A stretch of DNA of 64,000 nt, taken from Terriglobia bacterium. GTDB taxonomy: Bacteria > Acidobacteriota > Terriglobia > 20CM-2-55-15. The notes under the pieces were generated by a model that made no database searches, was not told the origin of the DNA, and worked only from the letters and a program-made list of their open reading frames with translations. The DNA is taken from assembly GCA_965218585.1 (NCBI GenBank), contig CBDCLE010000004.1, forward strand, positions 96,001 to 160,000, written 5' to 3'. Position numbers and translations under genes: made by a program. This document shows positions 34,899 to 45,950 of this stretch, piece after piece; the stretch's first letter is position 1, and every line of letters starts with the position of its first letter.

Positions 34899-35780
34899 GT
34901 GCCCCCAGCCGTGACTGCTACAATAGCCGCCGCCGTGGCTAAGACTAAGATCTCAGTTGTTCAGTACCTTAACTCGGCCCCCCTTGCATGGGGCATTCTC
35001 GAAGGTCCGCAGAAAGAGGAGTTCGACGCCGTTTTCTCGACTCCTGCTGAATGCGCGGCCCAGCTGGCCTCGGGCGAGGTCGATCTGGGACTGATCCCAT
35101 CGATCGAGTACCAGCGAATTCCGGGAGCTCGAATCGTTGCGGGTCCCGCGATCGCATCGCACAGTCGGGCCCTCAGCGTGATCCTGCTGAGCCTGGTTCC
35201 CTTGTTCCGTATTCGGTCGGTGGCCCACGACAGTGCTTCGCGGGCCTCGGTCGCCCTGACGCAGGTGATCCTGAACGAATTTTATGGAAATAAACCCGAG
35301 TTCAAGCCTGGGGACCCGGACGCGGCCTCTCTGCTCGCCGACAGCGATGCCGCGCTCCTGATTGGGGATGCCGCGCTCCGTTATCGGTTCGAAAACCAGC
35401 TCCCGAGCGCCGAAGGCCAGAAGGGGTTGATACGGCAGGGTGCCGAGCCCGTGCAGACGTTCGACCTCATGGAACGCTGGCACAACTTGACAGGGTTGCC
35501 GTTCGTTTTTGCATGCTGGGCAGCGAGAAAGGGATTCACTGATTCGACGGTTGGGGAGAAGCTTGTCGCCTCGCGGAGTTTCGGGCTGGAAAACCTTGAC
35601 ACGATAGCGGAGCGCTATACCGAGAAGCTTGGCATGGACAAGGCGTTCCTCCTTGAGTACCTGCACAAGAACATGGACTATCATATGGGTTCGGACGCTG
35701 TTGCCGCGCTGGGCCTGTTTTATGAGATGGCGTCCCGTGCGGGAGCGCTCAAGACAACTCGGGGCATTGAATTCCTGTGA
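34899..35780 (+). CDS. mqnA: Chorismate dehydratase (futalosine menaquinone pathway)
   Basis: YLNSAPL, LLIGDAAL, TGLPFVFACW; coupled to mqnC. Confidence 0.88.
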   Translation: MPPAVTATIAAAVAKTKISVVQYLNSAPLAWGILEGPQKEEFDAVFSTPAECAAQLASGEVDLGLIPSIEYQRIPGARIVAGPAIASHSRALSVILLSLVPLFRIRSVAHDSASRASVALTQVILNEFYGNKPEFKPGDPDAASLLADSDAALLIGDAALRYRFENQLPSAEGQKGLIRQGAEPVQTFDLMERWHNLTGLPFVFACWAARKGFTDSTVGEKLVASRSFGLENLDTIAERYTEKLGMDKAFLLEYLHKNMDYHMGSDAVAALGLFYEMASRAGALKTTRGIEFL

Positions 35781-36850
35781 AAGCCTGTTCAGAAATATTG
35801 AAATCGGCTGTTGGTGGAAACCGTGTTTCAGACAGCGAAGCCACCCAGCTTTTCCTCGAGGCCGATCTTCTGGAACTGGGAGAAGCCGCGGATTCGATTC
35901 GTCGCCAACGCGACCGGGAAGTGATCAGCTACATCATCGACCGGAATATCAATTACACGAATGTATGTAACGAATACTGTTCCTTCTGTGCGTTCTATCG
36001 CCCGGAGGGGCACCCGGAAGCGTATGTTCTGGCCAATGAAGATATTTACCAGAAGATTCAGGAGACTGTAGACCGTGGCGGGACGGGCATCCTCATGCAG
36101 GGCGGGGTTCATCCCGACTTGAAAATCGAATACTACGAAGAACTGCTCAGCGGGATGCGCGAACGCTTCCCCGAGATCCAACGCCATTGTTTCTCGCCCC
36201 CCGAGATTCTCAATATCGCTCGTGTTTCCAACTTGACAGTCTCGGAAACGTTTCGGCGCCTGATCGCGGCCGGGCTTGACTCGATGCCTGGCGGAGGCGG
36301 GGAGATTCTCGACGACGAGATTCGACAGCGCATCAGCCCGCTCAAATGCACCACTGAGGACTGGCTGCTGGTGCACCGTCTGGCTCACAAGCAGGGATTG
36401 CGGACGACAGCCACCATGATGGTCGGCGTCGGGGAAACGATCGAGCACCGTATCCGTCACCTTCGAAGGCTGAGGGACCTTCAGGATGAAACCGGCGGGT
36501 TCACCGCCTTCATTCCCTGGACGTTTCAGAAGGACAATACGCCTCTCGGCGAACGAAATATGCCTGAGGTTACGCCCGCCGAGTACTTGCGATTGCTGGC
36601 GTTGTGCCGAATCTACTTCGATAACATAGACAACCTTCAGGTGTCCTGGCTCACGGTCGGTTTGAAGCTGGGCTCGATCGCGCTGAGGTTCGGGGTGAAC
36701 GACATGGGCAGCATCATGATCGAGGAAAACGTCATCAGTGCTGCCGGTGCGAATCACTGGGCTACCGACGAAGAACTCCGCCGCATCATCACGGACGCAG
36801 GATTTACCCCCCGACAGCGAACAACGCTGTACGAACGCTACGTGAACTAG
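35777..36850 (+). CDS. mqnC: Cyclic dehypoxanthine futalosine synthase (radical SAM)
   Basis: DRNINYTNVCNEYCSFCAF, ILMQGGVHP, FIPWTFQ, EENV. Confidence 0.92.
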   Translation: MKACSEILKSAVGGNRVSDSEATQLFLEADLLELGEAADSIRRQRDREVISYIIDRNINYTNVCNEYCSFCAFYRPEGHPEAYVLANEDIYQKIQETVDRGGTGILMQGGVHPDLKIEYYEELLSGMRERFPEIQRHCFSPPEILNIARVSNLTVSETFRRLIAAGLDSMPGGGGEILDDEIRQRISPLKCTTEDWLLVHRLAHKQGLRTTATMMVGVGETIEHRIRHLRRLRDLQDETGGFTAFIPWTFQKDNTPLGERNMPEVTPAEYLRLLALCRIYFDNIDNLQVSWLTVGLKLGSIALRFGVNDMGSIMIEENVISAAGANHWATDEELRRIITDAGFTPRQRTTLYERYVN

Positions 36851-36939
36851 TAATCAGTTTTCGGCAATCAGCTTCCTCGGATGGGATGATTGTCCCGTTT
36901 CCGAAGGCCGATGCCCGGCGGCCTCTTAAGGAGAGTCAG

Positions 36940-37546
36940 TTGGAATACGTCAACCTGGGAACGACAGGGCTCAAAGTCTCCCGGTTATGCCTGGGGACAA
37001 TGACCTATGGTTCTCGAAACTGGAGAGAGTGGGTTCTGGAAGAGGAAGAGAGCCAGCCCTTCATCCAGAAGGCTCTGGAGTTGGGGATCAACTTCATCGA
37101 TACAGCCGACATGTACTCCGACGGTCGCAGCGAGGAAATTCTCGGGCGTGCGCTGAAGGACTTCGGCCCCTCCCGCGATCGTGTTGTCATAGGGACGAAG
37201 GTGTACCTGCCGATGGGGAGCGACCCCAACCAGCGCGGCCTATCGCGCAAACACATCATTCATTCCATCGACGACAGCCTTCGGCGTCTGGGAACTGACT
37301 ATATCGACCTCTACCAGATTCACCGGTTTGACGAGCAGACGCCGGTAGAGGAAACGATTCGCGTCCTGGAAGACCTTGTAAGAGCCGGGAAAGTTCTCTA
37401 TCTGGGAGCCTCGAGCATGATGGCCTGGCAGTTCGCGAAGATGCTCTACGTCGCCGACAAAATGGGCGCTCCCCGCTTTGTGGCTATGCAGAACCATTAC
37501 AACGTTGTTTACAGGGAAGAGGAGCGGGAAATGATGCCCCTCTGCG
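36940..37546 (+). pseudogene. Aldo/keto reductase, 3'-truncated at the island boundary
   Basis: LCLGTMTYG, DTADMY, DYIDLYQIH, QNHYN. Homology stops at REMMPLC, where IS sequence begins. Confidence 0.88.
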
Positions 37547-37551
37547 TAGTA

Positions 37552-38449
37552 CTACTGTGTTACAAACGGCCTATTTATATGTTAGCATCCGGTCATGAGC
37601 GCCAAATCGAAGGCGCCAGGCACTCAGGAAAAACGTTTTGCGGCCTATTTGGAACGCCTGGCGTCGGCCGCAGGACACGCCGATCGTCATGAACCGTTGA
37701 AGTCGTACTGCACCGGGTTGTTGCTGCCGATCAAACGTAAGAGTGTGGAGCCGATGGCTGCACGATTGGCTCCGGATAATGTACGCTGCGGACGGACACC
37801 GATCCGCATGCAGCGCAACAAGAAACATCAACCGGTTTCGGTCAAGCAACTGGCCCTCTCGTTGTCTCCCCAGCGTTGGAAGAACGTCTCCTGGCGCGAA
37901 GGCACCTCCGAGACCCTGCGTTCCCGTTTCGCCGCAGTTCGCATTCGTCCCGCTCATCTGGATCACGAGCGCCACTCGCCGCATCCGAAAGAGTGGTTGT
38001 TGGTCGAGTGGCCCAAGACCGCATCCGAACCGATCCGGTACTGGCTCTCCACTCTTGGGGCCCATACCTCGCTTTCCGATCTGGCCGGTCAGGCCAAACA
38101 GCGCTGGATCATCGAACGCGACTATCAGGAACTCAAGCAGGAACTCGGTCTGGGACACTACGAAGGTCGCGGCTGGCGTGGATTTCACCATCATGGCACC
38201 TTATGTATTGCCTCTTATGGGTTCCTGGTCGCCGAGCGGAGCCGTTTTTCCCCCTCTGCATTTGTCGAGCATGTTGGACTATCCGTCCCCAAACTCCCCA
38301 AACACTTCAAACCCCGCGGAACCCCGGATCCGGCCCGAACGACATAACCCCTGCTCGATTGCCACGCTTCGCATTCGCATCGCCCGCTTCCTGATTCAGC
38401 AGCTTCCTCGTTGTCCGTTCTGTGGACCGCTTCGTTTGTAACACAGTAG
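37552..38449 (+). mobile_element. IS701-family element copy 2 with a large 5'-central deletion (ORF 37595-38347)
   Basis: Same IRs as copy 1; TSD TAGTA; near-identical sequence lacking the DDTGF region. Confidence 0.9.
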
Positions 38450-38454
38450 TAGTA

Positions 38455-38664
38455 GGCGGCCGAGGACAGATAGAGCCGGAGTTGATTGGCGCGCATGGTT
38501 GCCGCGCTGGTCCGGTCGGCGAATAGATCCAACTGCTGTTCCTTGATGCGATTTTCCATATCGCCCCGCGCACAGTAAAAGTCTTCATAGAGGGCGCGGG
38601 CGTCCAGGCGTTCCGGCGACAGTGAGGTCACAACGAATCGAGGATTGGCGCCTTTCTCCAGGTG
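38455..38664 (-). pseudogene. IS1380-family transposase fragment
   Basis: GANPRFVVTSL...YCARGDMENRIKEQQLDLFADRTS...ANQLRL. Confidence 0.85.
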
Positions 38665-39050
38665 AGCCGGTGTTGTGGGAGAGCACCGTTGAGTTGGGTC
38701 TGGACTTCTTCAACGAGATCATCCAACATCCGGTGCCGGTTGACATGAACATTCTCTACACTCTCAAGCGGTCGCCATTGGGTCTTGACCTGTACATGTG
38801 GCTCGTGTATCGAGTTTTTTCGTTGCGGGGTCCGCTGCGGCTGTCCTGGCGGGCACTTTATCGGCAGTTCGGGGCCGAGCCGACTAAGGCGGATGACAAC
38901 GTTACCGTTCAGAGATTTCGGAAGGACTGCCTGCGCGAGTTGAAGAAAATCAAAATTGCTTGGCCCGGGCTGGATTATAGAACTGCAAAGGGTGTGCTGA
39001 TCCTCTCGCCGTCCGAACCGTTGGTTCCACGCCTCACGCGCCTCAAGTAG
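38662..39050 (+). pseudogene. repA: Plasmid replication initiator RepA (RepA_C-like), C-terminal fragment
   Basis: LWESTVEL...FFNEIIQHPVPVDM...LKRSPLGLDLYMWL...LYRQFG, recognised as a plasmid RepA C-terminal signature. Confidence 0.75.
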
Positions 39051-39179
39051 CGTCCTCTTTTGATTGAGGGTTATAGCCCTCCTGTCCCTGTGGACCTCTC
39101 AAGCTGCAATTGGTTCTTTCAACAATAGCCGTCGCTCTTCACTACTTGCTAGAAATTATTTGCTCTTATTACTTGTAGG

Positions 39180-39252
39180 GTGACGTGTTTCAGCGGAGAT
39201 TTTCAGTCTGTTGTGACGTGTTTCAGCGGAAAATAAGTGACGTGTTTCAGCG
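39180..39252 (+). repeat. Three 16-bp iterons (plasmid oriV)
   Basis: GTGACGTGTTTCAGCG at 39180, 39213 and 39237; AT-rich tract upstream; DnaA-box-like TGTGGAAAA at 39281. Confidence 0.8.
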
Positions 39253-39545
39253 TGGAAAACCCCACGAAATCACAGGATTCTGTGGAAAAAGGGCCGATAG
39301 GGCAGAGTCGGCGCAGATGCTCAAGGACAAGGACTTGTAGCGGCTTTGGAGGTGCTGGGGGGCGAAGTCTGGGAGCCGTTTGCGCGCAACAATCAGATCG
39401 CTCCCTCCGCGCCCGGTCTGGGCCTATGAGATCGGCCAGGCCGATCCTCGACTCGTCCGCTGGCCAATGCGATCGAACAGTCCCCTTGACCTCGCTGTGG
39501 CTCGCGGTCGCTGCTGTCCAAACAAGTGTCTATGGTTTCGAATTC

Positions 39546-40858
<1,313 letters not shown>

Positions 40859-40911
40859 TTCCGCGAAGTCGGTGCTCCGGACGGCGAGCAGATCGTTCAG
40901 CCGTGCAATCT

Positions 40912-40942
40912 GTTTCAATCCACGCCCCGCACGCGGGACGAC
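40912..40942 (-). CRISPR. Solitary type I-C-like CRISPR repeat; no array or cas genes in the window
   Basis: Minus strand reads GTCGTCCCGCGTGCGGGGCGTGGATTGAAAC, with an internal hairpin and the ATTGAAAC handle. Confidence 0.65.
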
Positions 40943-41285
40943 ATCAGGTGGGCCAAACCGTGACACTCACACAATCGAAGTCCCGGCCGCCGATCAGCCA
41001 CACGCCCAACTGCTCATCGATGTGGACAGCCTCAAAACAGCACACCACGCCTTGCTCGATTCCCAATAGGCACACGATCCCATTCGGCGCTTCCATTCCC
41101 AATTGCTACCCGCGCCACCCCCGCCGGCCAACCGCATCCACAGTCTGCAAAAAACCCGATCTGCCGCTGCGGTGCCACGCCGTTGCCATGGTACTGGCTA
41201 CGCCCCCCCACCAACGCATAAGTCAGGCGATCCTGGAACAGGAAAAGACCCCGGAAAAGTTTCAAGAGCCTTCTCTTGCAGGAGT

Positions 41286-41573
41286 TCATTTTGGGAGTAG
41301 TCCTAACAGTTCCCGGTCTTCGGGCTTCGACAGGAAGCCATCGAGATCCTGCAGCATGGCCTCTTTCGCTTCAGGGTCAGAACTGAATTTCCGCATCATG
41401 CAATGACCTAGAAGTTCCGCTCGGCGTTGATCCAGCTTGCGGTGTTCCTCCCGGAGCTGTTTCTTAACGGTACGGAGTTTTTTCTTGAGCGCATCCTACT
41501 CGTTTTTTTGCCGCTCGAGCAGCTTCCTTTCCTCCGCCAAAAGTTCGGCGAGTTGCTTATCGGTATTCGACAT
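41286..41573 (-). pseudogene. MobC/MobS-like mobilization accessory protein with internal TAG (41496-41498)
   Basis: RBS AAGGAG; coiled coil, then RKLDQRRAELLG...LDGFLSKPEDRELLGL, resembling the IncQ MobC pattern. Confidence 0.55.
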
Positions 41574-42470
41574 TTCTTCTCCTTGAATGTGTTCCAGGAC
41601 AGGAGGCCGGAATCACTACACTCCAACCTTGATTGACTGCCGCTTCCCTTCCGTTAATCAGCCTATCCCCATCATCGCCCAGTTTGGATTCGGACAATGA
41701 CCGGGTTGTCCGGAAGCCTCATTCCGGCCCGCCCGGCAGCCAAGGAATCCGCCGTCCCACTGGCGCCCGCTCAAGACTCTTCGCCCGCGTCTCTCGCAGC
41801 CGACTCCACACTCAGCCAGTCGTTGGTACCCACTTGAACTTCCGGCGTTCGGCCACCGACGGCCGCGAGTCCAGCGTGACCGCTTCAGTTCCCTCTCGCT
41901 ATGATTCCCTGTCCACGGATCGACTAATTCTCCAGAAACATAGAGGCAGAATCAAAACCCGTCCGCGAGTCCTGTTCGATCCCCCAGCTGATTGCAACCG
42001 CCGTGCTTCGGATGGATTAGAGATGATAGTACGGACCCAGGAATCGGCGCAGGAATCCAGCGGCTACTGGCGGCCCTATTCCCTGCCGCGCAGCCATCCC
42101 GGCCATCGCCACGAGTACATCCGCACCCACGGTCCCTGGATTGCCGGTTCGGGCAGTTCGTGGTGCCGGCAAGCGGCCGGTGAGATCCCCCGGTTTTCCG
42201 TTGTTCGCTTTGACGGGCCGGCGATCCACCGCGCCTAATGTTATCTCGCCATTTTCCCGTAGCCGGGGCTTGTTACGGCGGGGACCGGCGCAGGGGCCGC
42301 AGCCAGACCGCCACACTCGCCCTGGGGGCGTCTGTCACGGCCCCTGCTCTTGGCCGGTTATTCCCCACCTTCCTGCACTCGGCGATGTACCTCCTGGGCG
42401 GGTTTGTCCGGTGCCGCCTGTTCAGTGAGCGACATACGCTCCAAACCCTTAAACCAGGAGGATTCAATCA

Positions 42471-42740
42471 ATGGCTACCCACAACAACTCAAAACCCGCA
42501 GCGGAGCTCAGGATCGGAACCGTCAAGGCGACCGTTTGGGAAAACGAGGTCGGCGGGATCACCCATCACAATGTCAGCTTTTCGCGGATCTACCCCGAGG
42601 GGGGCCAGTGGAAGACCACGCAGAGCTTCCGTTTCGTCAACCTGCTCTCCGTTGCCAAACTCGCCGATCAGGCGCACACGCTCATCGCCGAGCGCAAGGC
42701 CGAGGCGGCCCAGGCGGCTGGCGATAACGAAGCCAGCTAA
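42471..42740 (+). CDS. Small mobile-element-type hypothetical protein (possible ssDNA-binding)
   Basis: Strong RBS AGGAGG; beta-rich pattern KP...RIGTVKATVWEN...SRIY...WK...SF; terminator follows. Confidence 0.65.
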   Translation: MATHNNSKPAAELRIGTVKATVWENEVGGITHHNVSFSRIYPEGGQWKTTQSFRFVNLLSVAKLADQAHTLIAERKAEAAQAAGDNEAS

Positions 42741-42754
42741 GCGCCGCACCTTCC

Positions 42755-42785
42755 GGCGGCGGGTTAAACCCCGTCGCCTTTTTTC
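42755..42785 (+). terminator. Rho-independent terminator
   Basis: GGCGGCGGG-TTAAAC-CCCGTCGCC followed by a T6 run. Confidence 0.65.
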
Positions 42786-43612
42786 GTGGACGCCGTGCCA
42801 GCCCGAGGACGGCACGCGCTTTCAGAAACGATCACGGCGCAGGATCCTTCAGAAGACTCTGCCATGGAGTGCGTCGCGAAAGGGCGGCACAGCGCAATCT
42901 GAGGCGGGGTTTTTCGCTCGATCCCCGGTAATGTCCCGACGCGCGCGCGGATCGGCGCACCAAATCCGTTTGTTTCCATTGGTATCCCAACGGCCGATCA
43001 TCGTTTCTATCCGGCTGCGCCGGTTGTACCGTTTCAGGGCAATACCGGATCGGGAATCGGCCTTGCAGGAGGCCTCGGCCGCGGACTCGATGAAGATGAT
43101 GGGTGTGGCGTTGGGGCGGATCCGGATGGCTGGAGCACCTGCGGAGCAACTCTCCTGTCAACACCTCTGAGGAGTTTGTGGAGGTGGGGTAATCGGATAC
43201 GGTACGGATAATGGGAAACTATGCAGCTTGAAGGTGTGATAGTACGGACGATTGAAGGCAAGAGTGAGCTGCGGCACCGGGAATACGTTGGTGTGGATGC
43301 TATCGAGAATGATAGTCCGGTGCGGAGACGTCTTTCACGAAGTGACTTCGCGACGGAGCGTGCTTACACGGAGCGGAAAGAGCGAGCCCAAACCTACACC
43401 TATTGTGGCGGGATCATCTCCACCGAAGGGTAAGCGACAGCGCCTAAGCGTTTCGGGGACGCACCCAGTGAGGCGATAATTCCTGCTGAGAGACGATTCT
43501 GAAGCTGGATAAGACTTTTCAAAGGCGAAAACCGGGGATTTAAGCGACTGGGGAGGGTGACCCGTCCGGTCTGGACGCCAAAGGCGGGAAGAACTACAGG
43601 GGGAAGGAGAGC

Positions 43613-44086
43613 ATGGCGAAGCGATCCATCAGTGATTGTCGACGGGCAATTCAAATTGCGCGTGGCCGGGACATGACAACTCTGGGCATGACCGTGACAC
43701 TGGGTGGCGAGCAGATGCTCATCACCGACCTTAGAGTCATAGATAAACAATGGGTCAGCGGAGATCGGCGCTTTACGCCCAAGGAGAAGGAACTTCTGAC
43801 GACGCAGGCGCGGGTCCTCATTGCGGAAGACGAAGCGTTCAGAGCCCGCTTTCGTACCCCGCCAGCGATCTCCATCAAAGAGTGCCAGGAGGCGATTGCG
43901 ATTGCTGGTGGCATTCCCATCACACTCCGTGGTGAGAAGATGTTCATCACCGAACTCAAAACCTATCGGATGAGCAAGTGGGTGAGCGGAGATAGACGCT
44001 TTACGCCCAAGGAGAAAGAGCTTCTAACGAAGCAGGCGAGAGCCATCATTGCGGAACACGCCCCCCTGCCTGCCCCACCAAAATAG
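43613..44086 (+). CDS. Hypothetical protein made of two tandem repeats of about 65-70 aa
   Basis: RBS AAGGAG; WVSGDRRFTPKEKELLTxQAR occurs twice. Confidence 0.65.
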   Translation: MAKRSISDCRRAIQIARGRDMTTLGMTVTLGGEQMLITDLRVIDKQWVSGDRRFTPKEKELLTTQARVLIAEDEAFRARFRTPPAISIKECQEAIAIAGGIPITLRGEKMFITELKTYRMSKWVSGDRRFTPKEKELLTKQARAIIAEHAPLPAPPK

Positions 44087-44103
44087 ACCCTGATGGCAGT
44101 AAT

Positions 44104-44175
44104 GGTAAAGTTTGAGATATAGTTAGAGTTAACTATAACGTTAAAGTTGACGGCATTTTTTAATGTACGTATGCT
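44104..44175 (+). promoter_or_regulatory. Hexamer repeat array (centromere/operator-like) overlapping the par promoter
   Basis: GGTAAA GTTTGA GATATA GTTAGA GTTAAC TATAAC GTTAAA GTTGAC, then TTGACG-17 nt-TATGCT. Confidence 0.55.
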
Positions 44176-44181
44176 ATTGCC

Positions 44182-44910
44182 ATGTACGTGATTGCGTTTG
44201 CCAATCCAAAAGGCGGTTCGGGAAAAACCACCTCCGCCATGCTTCTGGCCGAGCAGATTTCCGTTGCCGGTGGACGTGTGGCTATTCTGGACCTTGACCC
44301 GAACGCCAATATACTGGCTTGGTCACAATTGCGCCAAAAAGAGGGCAGGGAGGTTCCCTTCTCTGTTCATGCTCGCCCACCGGCCGAAGAAATCATTGCT
44401 CTGATCGACGGGCTGACCGATGAAGCCGAGTACCTAGTCATAGATCTTGAAGGCTCGAAAGATCAGATCGTGACTTTCGCTCTATCCCGCACTGATCTTT
44501 GCATCATCCCGCTTGATGGTTCACCCATGGAGGCGCGTCAGGCAGCACAGGCTGTCAGGCTTGTGCAGACGACATCAAGTATGATCCGAAGCCCTATTGG
44601 ATACGCGCTTCTATTTACGCGTTCCAATGCCGCATTTCAGACTACGGACGAACGCGAGGTCCGACAGGAAATGGAGATGAATAGTATCTCCTTGCTGCCG
44701 GTTCGACTTGCCAAGCGGGCACCTTACACCAGGATATTCAGGGACAACCTTCTTCTGTCGGAGTTACCTGATCTTGCGAGGACAGAAATGAAAGGTAAGG
44801 CCGCATCCACAACTGCTAAAGCATTGAAACAAGTCACTAGCGCCATCGACAACGCCCGCGACTATGCTCAGGCCGTTATTGACAGCCTTACCGAAAAGAG
44901 GGTCGCATGA
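44182..44910 (+). CDS. Plasmid-type (Ib) ParA ATPase
   Basis: NPKGGSGKTT, DLDPN, IDLEG; no N-terminal HTH. Confidence 0.9.
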   Translation: MYVIAFANPKGGSGKTTSAMLLAEQISVAGGRVAILDLDPNANILAWSQLRQKEGREVPFSVHARPPAEEIIALIDGLTDEAEYLVIDLEGSKDQIVTFALSRTDLCIIPLDGSPMEARQAAQAVRLVQTTSSMIRSPIGYALLFTRSNAAFQTTDEREVRQEMEMNSISLLPVRLAKRAPYTRIFRDNLLLSELPDLARTEMKGKAASTTAKALKQVTSAIDNARDYAQAVIDSLTEKRVA

Positions 44911-45215
44911 GTGGTAAATATGGATTTAACAGCGGCATAGAACTGCCGTCACAAAGTAGGACTGCGGAGCGCGATCCACTTGATCTTGCTGCCTTGAAAG
45001 AGGCCGTCAGGGCGGGCAATGAATTAGGTTTTGTGGACCGCGACCCACCCGCTAGACGAAAGCCAGGGCCGAAGCGCACAGAACCGCAAGACAAAGTTTC
45101 GATTCCAGGGCCGAAGCGTGTTATTGACCGGTATCGTGATTTCTGTATTGTGCAGGATGTCACTCTTTGGCGGGGCTTGGAGATTCTTCTGAGTGAGAAG
45201 GAGAGTAGAGGCTAA
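44907..45215 (+). CDS. Small ParA partner / centromere-binding protein (putative)
   Basis: ATGA overlap with parA; size and RHH-like C-terminus. Confidence 0.6.
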   Translation: MSGKYGFNSGIELPSQSRTAERDPLDLAALKEAVRAGNELGFVDRDPPARRKPGPKRTEPQDKVSIPGPKRVIDRYRDFCIVQDVTLWRGLEILLSEKESRG

Positions 45216-45950
45216 GCTGGAGTCACCTCACTCTCTCCCAGTTATCGCCAAGGGTTGGCTCTCAGGGGCAGTGTATTCATTGAGACCAGCCCATCCAGCG
45301 ACTTCCCATTCCCGATCCTGAGTGGGCAGTACTGACACACGAATTCGTCGAGTTTACCCCGGATGATCTCAAACCCGGCGTCATCTAAGTGTGTGCAGTA
45401 TGCGATCGCGACAGGAAATGCGGCTGCGGCCGGGGGAGGGAAGTCGCCGCGTTGCTCAGCTAGACCGACTAGAAGCTCACTTCGACGGTTGAAGAAGCAC
45501 TCTCTATGGCTTTTTCGATCACGCTGAGCCGCGTCCAAGCGTAAAGATGAGGTCTAATCGAGAACTCCGTTCTCTACGCGAGATCGTTAGCACCCTCGAA
45601 GTTGCAACATCTCCCGATCCAGCGCGGCGGCGGCACCGGCAGATCCCCGGAGCGAACATCGCCCATATCATATGAATGATAAGGTCCTTTGAACTAAGCC
45701 GCGGGCGCTCGGATGCTACATGTGTGATATCGTGCAGTTGATTCGAGGATGAAAGTGCTTGCCACTCACGGAAATGTTGCCGGACTGATGGGGCGCGCTT
45801 TGAAGGCAACTTCTCATTACAAAAGGGTTAAAATTGAAAACCCATAGGGGTTGGCCCGCATCCTCCTAAACCCGCCCGCGCCTCGCTTCAAAGCGTTCTA
45901 TCCGACATGCCCCGGATCATTTCTGTCACTGTCGGTCCCGGAGCATCTCC

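Noticed and set aside
37546-37692. C-terminal extension of the aldo/keto reductase ORF
   Set aside because: It is read-through into IS701 sequence, not native protein.
39180-39252. Direct repeats read as a CRISPR array
   Set aside because: The units are 16 bp with 17- and 8-bp gaps and lie next to repA; this fits iterons.
41633-43480. ORFs 41633-42238, 42238-43170 and 43221-43433
   Set aside because: No recognisable motifs or convincing starts; possibly decayed plasmid DNA, left unannotated.
45242-45900. Possible minus-strand gene remnant
   Set aside because: Multiple stops and no family recognised.
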